Shown: positions 22,801 through 35,019 of the stretch, in pieces | How positions within the stretch are numbered: position 1 is the stretch's first letter | How the letters are laid out: the number at the start of each line of letters is the position of its first letter | Origin: Takakia lepidozioides | Lineage: Eukaryota > Plantae > Bryophyta | Direction of reading: 5' to 3' | Length of the DNA: 64,000 nucleotides | Assembly (NCBI GenBank): GCA_030704615.1 | Contig: CM060733.1 | Location: forward strand, 60,140,001 to 60,204,000 | The notes under the pieces: generated by a model | The model's input: the letters and a program-made list of their open reading frames with translations, nothing else | Databases searched by the model: none | What the model was told of the DNA's origin: nothing | Position numbers and translations under genes: made by a program

Positions 22801-24689
22801 CCATGCACCTCTTTGCCCTTTTCCAGGGCTGCAGGCTTGCACACGCACTGCAAACGCACACAAACATGATGTGGTCGAGCTTCACCCCTTCCCCCATCAT
22901 CCGCTTTCAGGTCTACAAAGCCCCATCCCGCGCTCCTGCTCTGCACACCCTGCAAGCATCGTGTTCCATGACACCACATCTCATTCAGCCATAGTGTTGA
23001 ACACTCCCTTGGCATCCTCAATGCTCCCACATTTGGCATACATGGCCACCAGAGTAATGTTCAGGATGACATCTGGTACAAATTGCAGATTTGATGATGT
23101 CACCAGGGATCTCTTTGCCCTTTTCCAGGGCTGCCATACGCACTGCAAATGCACACAAACGTTATGTCGGCGGCCTTCACCCCTTCCCCCATCATTTGCT
23201 CAAAGGTTGGAGCCTCCATCCCGCACCCCTGTTGTGCATACCCTGCAAGCATCACACTCCACAACACACATCTCGTTCAGCCATAGAGTTGAACACTGAT
23301 CCCTTGGCATCCTCGATGCACCCATATTTGGCATACATGTCCACCAGGGCAGGGGCAGTGTTCAGAATGACATCTGGTAATCTAATAGGCATTCACATTT
23401 TTGCATCGATCGTCCCACCATTGTCTGGGGTCAGAAAAATATTCATTCCACTGCTTCTCCTCGTCTCTGTTACCTGTTTCTGGATACTTTCCTGTTGTCA
23501 CATTGGCAGTATCATGTCAAAGTCATTCCAACCTATCCTAGATTCACTCAACCAGCTAACTTGCAGAATTCAACATGAAAATTTAGGGCTGATTCTGATA
23601 AGAGGGGAAACAGGGTGAAATGTGTTGAAGAAGGTGCCTTCATCAGCACTGCCTCATTTTATCAATTGTGCCGCTGCTGCTGTGGCTTCATGTTGATTAT
23701 CTACCCATGCAGGTTTCTTGTATCTACCCTCCATAGGGAATCGTAGGTAATCTGGAGCTTGAAATATGGAGCTTGTCCTTGACTTTGTGTCATGACCTAT
23801 GGAGGATTTGACCGACCATCAACCCAAAATGACCTCTTGTGTGTGCTGATTGTGTCTTGTAGTCAGATAATGTCGGATTGGTCTGTGAGAACCACCACGG
23901 TGCAACTAAGCAGGTAGAGAAACACGGTCTGCTAAGACAAAGCTGACTCTCCCAAGAACCTTGTAAACATCAAGAAGAATACCAAATCAGGGTACTAACA
24001 GGAGGCAAGAGCCCGCATTTGCAGGATGGACAAACTTCTTCACATCGTACCTTAAGAAAACGCCACACCTTGCGATTGCAGTTGTCCCATCATCGTGAAG
24101 GATTTGCTCCGTGCTGCAAATTCAAGGCCGAGTCTGATGAGAGGGAAAAACAGGCTGAAATAGGTCGAAGAAGAAGGTGCCCTCACCATATTGTCCTTGA
24201 CATTGTGTCATGACCCATGGAGGATTTGACCTCCCAAAAAGACCTCTTTTCTGTGTGCTGTTGGTGTTTGTACTCAAGTAATGTCAGGTTGAGAACCACC
24301 ATGGTGCAGCTGAGCAGACAAAGATTGAAATGACGTGCTAAGACCAAGTTGATTATCCCAAGAATGCGGGAGATGAGGGGAGGGGAGAGGAGAGGCGAGG
24401 AGAGGAGGGGAGGAAGAAGAGAGCCCGCGGGAGGGAATGGGAGAAAGATCGCGGGAAAAAAGAAAGAAAAAAGAAACAAAACGAATGATCCCGCGGTGTA
24501 TCACGACCTAAATAACGTCCTTACCACTAGACTATCCCTTAAAACTTAACAACCCCCTCTTGTAATATTATATTTAAGGTGTTTTAAACCCCCCCTATGT
24601 ATGTGTAATGTTGTACATGGGGGGGTTAATATACCCCCTCCTGTGCACGCACGTGGCTGGTACATACTGGCTAGAGTGCACCCCCCAGG
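19817..24689. mobile_element. Non-autonomous TIR DNA transposon (Pack-type, 8-bp TSD) carrying PPR-DYW gene fragments
   Basis: Termini CCTAGGGGTGCACTCT / AGAGTGCACCCCCCAGG. Exact TSD GAGTTTCT at 19809-19816 and 24690-24697. Removing it restores the integrase frame IPGRVS|VLPPPIEV. CCCCC(T)CTGT-type subterminal motifs occur at both ends. Confidence 0.9.
20514..23380 (-). pseudogene. Mosaic of PLS-class PPR fragments ending in a DYW deaminase domain (C-terminus EYW)
   Basis: DYW domain [13 protein letters not shown]...[18 protein letters not shown]...[16 protein letters not shown] (20514-20768). PLS motifs include GKEVHGDIVKARIVPDVILNTPLVDMYAKCG, ERDVVSWSVMLAGYAQQG and LLNTLVNLYVKC. Many frameshifts and deletions. 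Confidence 0.92.
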
Positions 24690-24910
24690 GAGTTTCTGTA
24701 CTACCTCCACCGATTGAAGTCAATCAGGAAATTTGACGAAGTCCTAGATTCTCGCATCAAGTATAAACGTATTTCGTACATTGGGAAATGCTACGGACGT
24801 GAGAACCTTCATCCAACCTCGCCAATGCATCTGACAAAATCCAAGAGTTTCATCAACGATATCCAGGTAAGCCCCGAGCTATACGTCAATAAGACGTCAC
24901 AACGATGATG
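24690..24910 (+). pseudogene. Integrase C-terminal chromodomain remnant
   Basis: VLPPPIEV...FDEVLDSRIKYKRISYIGK.YG..ENL. Confidence 0.7.
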
Positions 24911-25496
24911 TCAACCAAGTTAACTTCAAGGTGAAGACTTCACATTCAGTGTATCTGATACACGCTAAGGAGGGAGGAGCAACACACATCAGTATATATA
25001 GCTACACTTCTAGCACTCTTGCATCTTGTATTGGCAGCATGAAGTCACATGAAGTGGATACATTGGAGCTGTCGCTTACTCAACTACCAGACCAGCCATT
25101 CCGACTCTCACAACCTTCAACATCACGTCGACGCCCTCGAGACGATGGGCCACTGAGGCGTCGTGTACTTCCTCGTTTGGACCCCGTACGATGGCAAGTA
25201 GAGCGTACTCGAAGTCTGATAATCCTATTGGAGGTTGAGGCTTCGAACCCAAAGGGCAACGAAATCAGGTTTGAAGGCAGTTTTGAAAATCAGAATGCTC
25301 AAATCACTACGTTGGTCCCAAGTTCAAGGTGTTGGATACTATCGATGGTTGCATGGACCTATAAATCGTTTGAGTCAAGAACGATGAGCCGAATACTTGG
25401 CAAATACCATTCGCCGAATTTTGGATTTTCTCCAACTCTAAGCAAGTCTAAGATTTTACCGCTCCTCGAGGAACTCGGCGCTAGAGGAGGGGGTGA

Positions 25497-26132
25497 TGTT
25501 ATGAACACAGAACAGAGGAACTTACCAGGAGTAAATACCAGAAGTTACCAAGTTACGATGTTACCAAAAGTCACCATGATTTATCATAAGTTACCATAAG
25601 TTACCATAAGTTACCAAGTTACTGGGAGTTTATCAAATTACCGAGAGTAACTTGGGAAACTGTTCAGGAACCTTCATTTGGAGGAAACTTCTCCATCAAG
25701 ATATCTCCTTTGTTTAATGAAACTTCTCCGCGAAGAAACCTTTGTTAAAAGAAACTTCTCCATCAAGAAACCTCCATTGGGGAAGCTTCTTAAAGAACTT
25801 CCTAGTAGCTAGTATGTATAGGAGGCGAGACTGGACACTCCTTAGTCTCGCCAACACAAGTTCAAGCTACTTTTGTTTCCAGTCCCAGTACTCCAGTTCA
25901 GCTTCCAGTACTCTAGCCCAGTTTCCAGTATATGACACTCTAGTCCAGTTTTCAGCATTCCAGTATTCAAGTCGAATTCCAGTATCTTGTACTCTTGCCC
26001 ATTGTTATAAAAATCATCTTTATTCTTGTTTACCCATCATGCATTTGACCACGCCGACGTTGACTTCTTGTCTAGTCTTGTACTTCTAGTCTGATCTCTT
26101 GTTTGTGTTCAGTCATGTTCTCGTCTTTGACA
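25497..26132 (+). repeat. 3' LTR of the chromovirus
   Basis: Follows the PPT, has TG...TGACA termini and is similar to 3906-4550. Confidence 0.9.
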
Positions 26133-27339
26133 ATGCCTTTGAAGATGGTGGATTCTTTGTTGTCTTGAATGCAATATGTAGCATAGGTCGGCAGTTTAGA
26201 GTCCTACCTATTCATTGAAGCCATGGGGTCTTCTTACATAATGGGGTCTAATTTCATCATATTGGATATGTTTATTTCCACGGATCTAGGTCCAACGGGA
26301 ATAGGTACCATTTCTTTGACTGCTCGTCCTCTGGCATTTGCTGACGTGACATCCGCTCATGCTGACTTGGAGTGAGCGGGGGCTCACGCCACCTCACAAT
26401 ACGTCAGCCTGCGCTCACGCCATGTCAGCCCCGTGTGAACGTGGGTTCACCGCTCACGCCGTAGCGTCGCTCGTTTAATGCCTAGAAGTTACGACGAAGT
26501 GTCCCCAAGAGTCGAAACAGAGTAGTGAAAGAATGATAAAAAAACCCTAAGATCTGAGGAGTGATAGTGAAAGGAACGGAAAACTAAGAGAGGTGTAACT
26601 AGAGAAGGAAGGGGAGTTAAGTAGAGGTAGCTTCTAGATGTAATAAATCAATTTAGCTTTCGTTGCCAGTTTGATGTGCTTCCAATTTACATCTGAAGTG
26701 TCAGATTCCAGTGATGCCGAAGAGGATCCTCCGATGCTGCCAGATGAGCGGAATATTGTTGGGCTAGATACAAGTGTTAAGCTTTGTCGATGTCTAGTGC
26801 ACACAATTTAGACGACCTTTCTTAGCATCAACTGTAATGTCAAAGAATACCTAGGTAAGCAGGGCTGTTGCCGAGGTATTTGCATCATCCAGAGCCCAGC
26901 TGCACAACGAGCTTTTCAGATGTGCCAAAGAGTAGCCCCTTTCACAACTACTAGCTTTGGATTTCGAGGCAGGGTTGTAGTTGAGAAGAATGGGCACTTG
27001 CTGAATAGGCATGAGTGTCCACAGTTGGTACAAGGTCATCTAGACCAAAGGCCAAATTGAGTGCGGAACTATGTAGAAGAGTAGACAATGTTCAAGGCTT
27101 TCAATAGTTCCCACTGAGCAGTAAATTTTGTAGAGAATTGCTTGTTGCAAAAAGCTAAGAAATATGCCAACTTTAAGAACTCTGTTAGCAATCTGCCAAA
27201 GGAAGGTGCTGAGCTTTGCTGATTTAGTTTTGTCCCATAATATGTCTTTCCAAATACATTTCCAATTTTCACCTTGGAAGTGAACATGGCCCCACTTATC
27301 ATCCCACTTTTGGAGTAGGGGCCTGGCGAGCTCTGTAGG

Positions 27340-28030
27340 CCTTCTTGGCAGTGAAAGCGAAGAAGGGTTCTAAGTTCTTCTTCGCAAGTTTAGGAGTCCA
27401 CAAAAGGTGCAAATAACTTGAATTTTATTTTTGGATCTTGCTCCTCCCATTGTGCTCCTTGGGGCCAATTATTGAGCCTTAACTGGCTTCTTCTAGTTCC
27501 CATTCCCTTCTTGGACACAATTTTGGTCAACATATCCCTTGCTCTGACAGATATCTTCCTATACTCTCTACTCTCAAATCTAAACTTGCTTTCTGGAGCT
27601 CATCTATGGTAAAGGAAAAAATGTGGACGCGTTGCCGAAGCAAGCGTAACTTATGGTGTCACTTCACCTAGAAGGGCTACTGCCTTCCGGTAGAAAGGTG
27701 GACACCTTTATAACAACCAAGAGGGTGGTTTGAACCCACCTCATCTATGGTATATATATCCTTGGGAAGGCCCCGCCCTTATTCTCAGTAAGGCGCTTTT
27801 GGTATCGGTTTGGTTTTTTGCCACGGTTGGCCACTTGACATTTTTTATCCGAGAACTTAAAGCCCTCATGAGGAATTTCTTATGGGGGTCCAACCCAACG
27901 ATCCCCCGTAAAAGAGCAGTGGTGGCTTCGAAACAACTTTGCCAAAAGAAGTCCAATGGTGGTCTAGGACTCTTGGACCCTGAGGCTCAGATCAAGGCCG
28001 CAAAAATCATATGCCAAAACTCTGCCTGAT
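27340..28030 (+). mobile_element. Decayed L1-type LINE ORF2 fragments
   Basis: LILSKALLVSVWFF...LKALMRNFLWG...VVASKQLCQKKSNGGLGLLDP is the post-RT L1 motif. EEGSKFFF lies upstream. Confidence 0.7.
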
Positions 28031-29054
28031 TTGTTTTGGGTAGGTGCTGGCCTCTTAACTGTAACTTGAGAGGCCATGTGGTGTAACAGTTATTTTTAAT
28101 TGATTGCTATTGCTTAACGAAAATACAATGGGATACTAGTAATGTAGTTGCTAGGCGATGGCCAGATCCCTACGAATGAAAATTGGATTTGATTCGCTCC
28201 TTGGCTCCCATCTTGAAAAAGATTGAAGTCATGAGGAGTGTTCTACCGTCTAACATATAATGTAGTAAAGAAATATACATATCCACTGTTACACCTATAT
28301 GTTATATAAGGAAGATGCTTTACTACAAATTAATTTTCTTAAAAAACAATTACTTTTAATTTTAAAGGTCAATTCGTTTTCTTGTTCCCTTTTTCTTTTT
28401 TTGGCAACTTTAGACAACAGCCAAAATGTGGGACCAAGTACTTTAGAGAGGGCTGTGTTATGTCCCCTTCACGGGTCACCTGGGTGACAGAAAGCACAGA
28501 GTTTGGATGAAAAACGGACCATCCATCTGTTTATCTATATCATTGACCTCAAATTCCCAGATATTTTCAAGAAATAGCCATTTTTCGAAGTTATTTTCTT
28601 TTGCATATAACACGTGGTTCCAAGATTCACTGGTCAATGATTGACTAAATTTTTTTCTTTTTAATCCTATTTTGTTCTTGAAAAGGCGAAAAAAAGCACC
28701 GTTATTATCATTGCCGTGACACGTGTAAGTCATATAAATTTCCAAGTTTTAAGAGATACGTATACAGACAATTGGATGAATGTTGGGGATGGATGAAGAC
28801 ACGTAAAATAGGACGTGCGGGCCCAAGTGCATGAAGCGCAAAGGGAGAGAGATGAGCTTGTTTGTTGGCTGCGTGTTCGTGTCTCTTCTCAAACAAAGGT
28901 GGAAGCGTTTGTCAATGGGGACCACCGCCACGACAAGTCTTTTCTCTCTTGTTTTGTGCTCTTTCAAAGTCCTGCAGCACACGCGTCTTGTGGGGCCTAC
29001 TTGCTTTCCTCGGTTTTCATCTCCATCTCTCCTTTCCAAGCACCATCCACCTTC

Positions 29055-29110
29055 CCCCGCCCATCCCTCTCTCATCTCTCTGTCATCTCTCTCTCTCTCT
29101 CTCTCTCTTC
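29055..29110 (+). repeat. CT-rich microsatellite, probably in the 5' region of the RING gene
   Basis: (CT)n run at about 29086-29107 within a pyrimidine tract. Confidence 0.7.
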
Positions 29111-30132
29111 ATGTTTTTGTGTCTTTTCCCTTTGGGAGGTGTGCAAAGATGAGTTTTTTTGGTTTGTCGTCCTCCGTCGTCCGATAAATGGATTGTAGAG
29201 CTCTCGTGGTTTGATCTTCTCGATCATACAGTTTATAGATCTCTCCAGTAGGCTTCAATTGGGTCTCAATTAGTCTCAACTCTTGTCTCTTGTACCTTTA
29301 CCTTTCATTGAGTTCGGGTTTGTTATTCTGTCCACGTTCAGTCTTCCCCCGAGGCCGATCTGCTTACCTGTCATTGAACTAGATAATTATATATTTATGA
29401 CGAGAAGATAGAATGTGCGTGCACAACCTTCATGCAGACCTACAAGTGCGCCTTCACAAGCCCTGCACATGAGAAACTGTTAGATGCACAGCACATATGA
29501 GATTCAGCAGCTATAAATCGAGCTTTTGGAGGTCACAGAAGGCCAGAGAGTCCTTTACAACATTCGGCCTATAGTCATGTCCACTGAGGACCTCTGCTAT
29601 TCTCTGGGCGCAGCCTATTATTTTTGTCCATAGTGCCGGCGAACCCAATTTTACATTGATGATCTAGCTTGAACGTTTATAAGCCAGGTGTATATATACA
29701 AACATTCTTTACTGGTTCCATAGGCAGGATGGTTTAATTGGAAGGACCCTGCAAGGTCGGTCTATCGATACTCGAAGTGCGCCTCAATTGAAGGGAGTCT
29801 GGTGAAGTTGATCGTGGAAAACCTCTCTGTCCAGAATCACTTGCGATCCAATTTCAAGTGTTGAGCCAGAATCTCAACGGAATCTGCTGCCGGCTCATGC
29901 TCACTCACAACCTTGATACACTAGCTCATGGCTGGCTCTGCTGGCATCGATTTTTGATATATATTTCTGTACAGAGTACTGGAACTGAACTTTCATGTTC
30001 ATTGAAAGAGTGACGATCCTCGAGGAAAGCGACAGATGGGCTGAGGCTAGACTCAGACGTTCTCGCCAGCTTTCTTTCTTTCTCTAAAGTTATCTCTCTC
30101 AGAGTCCCAATCTCTAGTCAGACCCATTGAAA

Positions 30133-32204
30133 ATGAGCGTCTTCTCAAATTACGGTCCTCCTTTTAACACTGGGTCCTTCACCCCTCCAAGCACTAGTGC
30201 CACCTCCACTAGTAGCAGTGGGTCCAAAACCACTCAGTTCAGTCCAATTATTATTGCAGTGATAGGGGTGCTTGCAGGTGCCTTTCTACTTGTGAGCTAC
30301 TACCGGATTTTTTCGAAGTATTGCACGCGATGGCGGATACAAGCATGGGACTCCCGGCGAAGGGCTAATCGAGGTGAAGATTTACCGAACATGGTATGTA
30401 CGAAGATCTCGGGAAGGCAACACGCCGAACTATGTATAATTCTCACAATTCAATACTTCAGCGTTTAAATCGTGTAGTGACAACAGGTCTTTGAACAAAA
30501 CTCTCGAGCATGAACGTTTGTATGTGCACAGGATAACTTTCTCGAATAAAAGCATACATCCGATGCTTACAATTTCTTTATCCACTTGCGAACAGGTTGT
30601 TGTTGCAGGGGAGGGGCAAGTATCATGGCCCCTAAATACAGCGGGATTAGAAGAGGCTTTGATCAAGCGCATACCCATTGCCACCTACAAAGATGCTAAG
30701 GAGCTGATTCCAGATTCAGATTGCGCGGTATGCTTAAGTGAGTTTGAGGACGACGAGACGGTTCGCATTCTGCCCAAGTGCAGTCATGCATTCCACATAT
30801 CATGTATAGACACCTGGTTGCTGTCTCACTCCACTTGCCCTCTGTGCCGTGTCAACGTTGTTGTTGCTGTTGGCACTGTTCCTTATGCATTGATGCCGGT
30901 TCCACCTGAGGGTCCCATGGATGCGCTTCCTTATCAAGAACCACTGCAGTCTGACAACGCGAGGCCCCTTATAGATCAAGAGGTACAACAACAGCAGTTA
31001 TCAGGGCCTGGCTCATTGTCCAGAGCATCAAGTCGCAGTTCTTTTGTCAGAGGTACGAATGCATTTTATCCCCAATTCTTCCATTAGATTCTTCGTAGGG
31101 GCCATTGCAATCTCTTTCCCTGCCCCCACCCGTGGACCTTCGGCTACTTTCTCAGCTCGCAGTCCCAGCAAAATTTCTCCTTTTTGGTGTATGAGCATGC
31201 CCAGCGAAACTGTGTGAGCGTTCATGAAGAAATCCCCACCGGGTACCTGGGCACAGGTTAGTTGAATCTGTTTCTAGTTGAGCACTCCCGTGTCTGGAGG
31301 TGTTCACGAAGTATTTAAAACGTTCCATGCATAAATTTTGGTGTTCACTTGCACGAATGCAGCCCCAGATTTGGATGGTGCGGATGATCAGAATACAGCG
31401 CCTCGAGAGTCGAGAGGAGCGGACATGTTTAGACTGCCGAACTCACCGTTGGAGCCGTCCAATTCTGCCAAAAGGAGGTTGTACTACAGGGCATCCAGTT
31501 CAAGGGAGCCTGGAGTCCCCTGGGAAACGGATCAAAGCGAGAGAGGGAGAACCTTAAACGAGGAAACGGATCAAAAGGGAAAGCACCCGTTGGTTAGGAG
31601 GCAGTCGCCACAGAGAAGGAACAAATTCGCGCGCTCCTGTTCAACAGGCTCCGCCGGGTCCTCGAGTACGTCCAATGTTGTGGTAGAGCTTTTGACCCAT
31701 GAGATCTTAAACGAGAGGTTGAACGGTCACCAAATGAGGGGAGAAGCTTTTTTGAATTCTGCTAGATTCGATCCTGGTTGGGCAGCTTCAAGAGGCCGTG
31801 GGCAACTGCACCGCTCGAGCACACAGAAGGTTGGGACAGAGAGTAACCCATTTGTGATGGTTGACATGGCAGGTGCCGTGGAAAACTCACATACCAATGC
31901 AATTGTAGTACCGGTTGATCTTTCAAAGGGGATGTACCCTTACTTGGGTTCAATGTCGAAAGGGAAAGATCAGAGACCTTTGAGGCATGAGGAACCAGTG
32001 GGATCTAACAGCAGGTTGGGGGCTACTTTGGCGGAAGCTTCTGCATCAGCTCTGCCACAAAAATCTCGGTCATTCAAACACTCAATGTTCAAGAAATTGA
32101 GAAGGTCTGAATCTGCTGGGTCAAGAACTGCTTTCCATTCATTTCGTAACAGCCAAAGAGTTCATGCATCAGAGAATGCCTTCCAAATCGTAGATTTTGT
32201 TTAA
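30133..32204 (+). CDS. ATL-family RING-H2 E3 ubiquitin ligase; exons 30133-30393, 30596-31052, 31363-32204
   Basis: TM segment [25 protein letters not shown]-like [11 protein letters not shown], and RING-H2 CAVCLSEF...[30 protein letters not shown] introns join the three ORFs in frame (phases 0 and 1). Confidence 0.9.
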
Positions 32205-34188
32205 CAGAACTTTTGAGTTTCCAATATTAGCTCTCACACAATCAATCATAAACAGGTCTCTCATAAACTTGAGTAGACAAATCGTATGCATAGTGTCTGT
32301 CACTTACAAACAGACGTTTTTCTTCAATTTCCTGGGTCTCGACACAAAGACAAGTCACATTCTGCAGGAAAATTAGACTAGAGGAGATGATTTGCAAGGG
32401 GCTTCGAACGACTTCCGTCTGAAGAACTCGTACAACTTCAAGCTTTTTGAACCGGACGAGTTTTTGGGTCATGAGTTCATTGTGTCATGTTCAGTCATCT
32501 ATAGTATTCATGCCCGAGCTGTTGCGCAGCTCTGGAACATTGTACACGAGCCAGTTAGTAGTAGCTGCTATTCATCTGGAGGTTAAATTTACACTAGACC
32601 TGTAATTGAATCAGGTTTTGGAATGTACAGACCTGCAAGCTGTACATTGACACATGTATCAGAGAATGCCAAGAATCCCTATTCAATGTTCACGATTGTT
32701 CATGTGTTGCACATGCACATGATGGTGACTCTTAGAGGTTAGAAACAGACTTCAGATTTTAAGATTCATTTCTTTTTTCTCACGAGTGTCCCACTAGACT
32801 CTCACCCACACACAAACTTGTACATGATCAAAACTAGTGCTGAGCACTCCTTTTAAATGAATTCGTAAACTCGAGCTGGATTGATTCCGCTCCAGCTTAT
32901 ATGAGCACACGGGAAGTGCGGAGAAGGAGCTTGTAACGTTGACATACTATAGCAGTCTAGAGACAACCCCAAAGTCGCTCAGAGTACCACATGTGGCTGA
33001 AAGCCCAGCTCCTTGGCCATGTCCCTCTAGAGATACCATCCTTCTCCCCTTTCTGCGTCTCCAGCCTCATGCTTGTATATATATATACACATTAGTGTCT
33101 GTTTTAGACACTTGGAAAAAATCCGTGTCCAGACAGTACTTTAGTGTACTAATTATTCGAGTCTGTCATTTGATGGGAGGCTGAAGGTGGATTTATCCGC
33201 AGAAAAGAGGATCATGAATCTTGGTTTCGAGTAACGCCAAAATCGCGCTTGTAGCACAATACCCACAGGAGAACAGTTCTTCAATTATTGCCCGGCGAGA
33301 ATATACTGTAATGTGCACCAAAAGTAAAACAAGTTCTGAGAGCTTCTCGAAGAATCAAGACGTGTCAAAGATTTTCAACTTCCAGGTGCTTGTTGAAGAC
33401 TGTAGTCTAACTCGGGATAGTCAAGGTAGGCCCTTCCATGCAAAGAGATAATCTAATCACTGCAGGTCAACCGAACAAAAAGTAATGCTCTTGAAAGTGT
33501 GTTTTCGCCTCAAACTTAGTACTGGGGATGTAGGGCCCAAATTTTACTTAATGCACGTAAAGATAAATCTAGTGTGCTGCTGCAATGCTGGAGACTCGGT
33601 TGACAAGTCTGTGCGAGCATCTTTGACTTTGCAACGCGGCACCCAAAAGTCTAATGCAATCTGAACATTGACCTTGAACAATGCCTAGGACTGCCTGATG
33701 ATATCCATGCCACGAGAAAATCCTCCGTGTGGACTACTGGGCCTCCAGGACGGCAAGCACGGCAAGCTTCAATTGTTTTGGTCCCGTTTGGGTAGAATGT
33801 CTTGGGCATCCTCGCGCCACACTGGCATATATCTTTCGTGAACACACAGTCTGCCTGAGGTATCAGTTAAGCTACACCGAGCATCAAACAACACTAATTT
33901 AGTACCTCTTAGATAAATAGTCTGAGGGCACAAGACACTGGTGCGTTTGAACAATGAAATCGTTTGCATAGATATGTTGAAAACAGCTCCATAATCTACA
34001 ACTTGACTTGTAGATAAAGTTAGAGACATTAAAAGTAACTCTCTATTTAGAGAGGCTTTTGTCTTAAAGTTAAAGCTAGTCCATTATGGGACTACTTAAC
34101 ACATATAGTAAATGTAGGTCTAGAAGGCAAGTCTAGGTGGAGAGCTTGTATACAATCCTCTTTTGTTGTTCTATCTACGTTTTCAACA

Positions 34189-34200
34189 TGGTATCAGAGC
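34189..34200 (+). promoter_or_regulatory. Copia PBS (tRNA-iMet); a second copy lies at 34785-34797
   Basis: TGGTATCAGAGC directly follows ...TTTTCAACA at both sites. Confidence 0.9.
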
Positions 34201-35019
34201 ATGGTTGCTAGAAGGTGGCTGTAGTTTCATGCTAGATAGAGGAGAGGCTTTTGTCTTAAAATTAAAGCTAGTCCATTATGGGACTACTAATTAACATATA
34301 TAGTAAAAGTAGGTCTAAAAGGCAACTCTTAGTGATTGTTTCTAGCCTAGCTAAAACTATAAAAGAAGCTCGAGGGTGAAGCCATGACAGATTTGTTGTT
34401 CTTGCTGTGTGCTTCTATGGTTGGGTGAAGAGCTACTATAAAATCCTCTTTCATGTTCATTTTCTGGAGTCATATGTTGAGATGCTCTTGAATCAATGTA
34501 CCACTCATACTTCTGCCTAGAAATATGCTGAAAGCGAAACTACAAATAAGACAGGGTATTTGTGACCAGTAGCTACATTCCCTTGTGTTTCTTGATTCTG
34601 CCGTTTACACTCCTCTGCTATGCGTATTTTGTACTCTTTTATCCCATGCCCATATTTCTTGCAATGATAGTGCACTTCATCCTTGATTTCAGCTTAAACT
34701 TTGAGCCAGACTTTGCAATCTGACATGAAAGGAAGTTCTATTTCTCTACAATCCTCTTTTGTTGTTTTATCTATGTTTTCAACATGGTATCAGAGCCTGG
34801 TTGCTACAAGGTGACTGCAATTCATGTTATCTAGATAGAGGAGGTGCTACGAGGTGGCAGCGAAGACGTGATCAAAGGGAGCTCCTAGCCAAAGTGATTT
34901 GGTCCACGGCCAATGATCAGTAAGTCTGTGAGTTTGCTGACTGTCAAGGATATTTAAGTCTTAGATGTTGAGAATGAGAGACCTAATGGAAAAATTTCTG
35001 CTCATCGAAACGTTATAGA

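Larger units (their letters stand above)
3906..26132 (+). mobile_element. Ty3/Gypsy chromovirus (Tf1/sushi-Tcn1-like), interrupted by nested insertions and a large internal deletion
   Basis: Similar LTRs at 3906-4550 and 25497-26132, both TG...TGACA. Flanks ATGTC/ATGCC give a 4/5 TSD match. gag-PR at 4589-6061, integrase at 18939-19816, chromodomain at 24690-24910, PPT AGAGGAGGGGGTGA at 25483-25496. Confidence 0.8.

Noticed and set aside
24931-25599. 222-aa ORF between the chromodomain and the 3' LTR
   Set aside because: It has a GTG start, runs through the PPT into the LTR and has no recognisable motif.
26300-26620. GC-rich short inverted motifs (GTGAGCG/CGCTCAC) suggestive of a transposon end
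   Set aside because: No partner TIR or TSD could be identified.
33480-33974. Cys-containing short ORFs flanking the Copia insertion, continuing at 39279-39800
   Set aside because: Possibly a decayed gene split by the insertion, but no family is recognisable.
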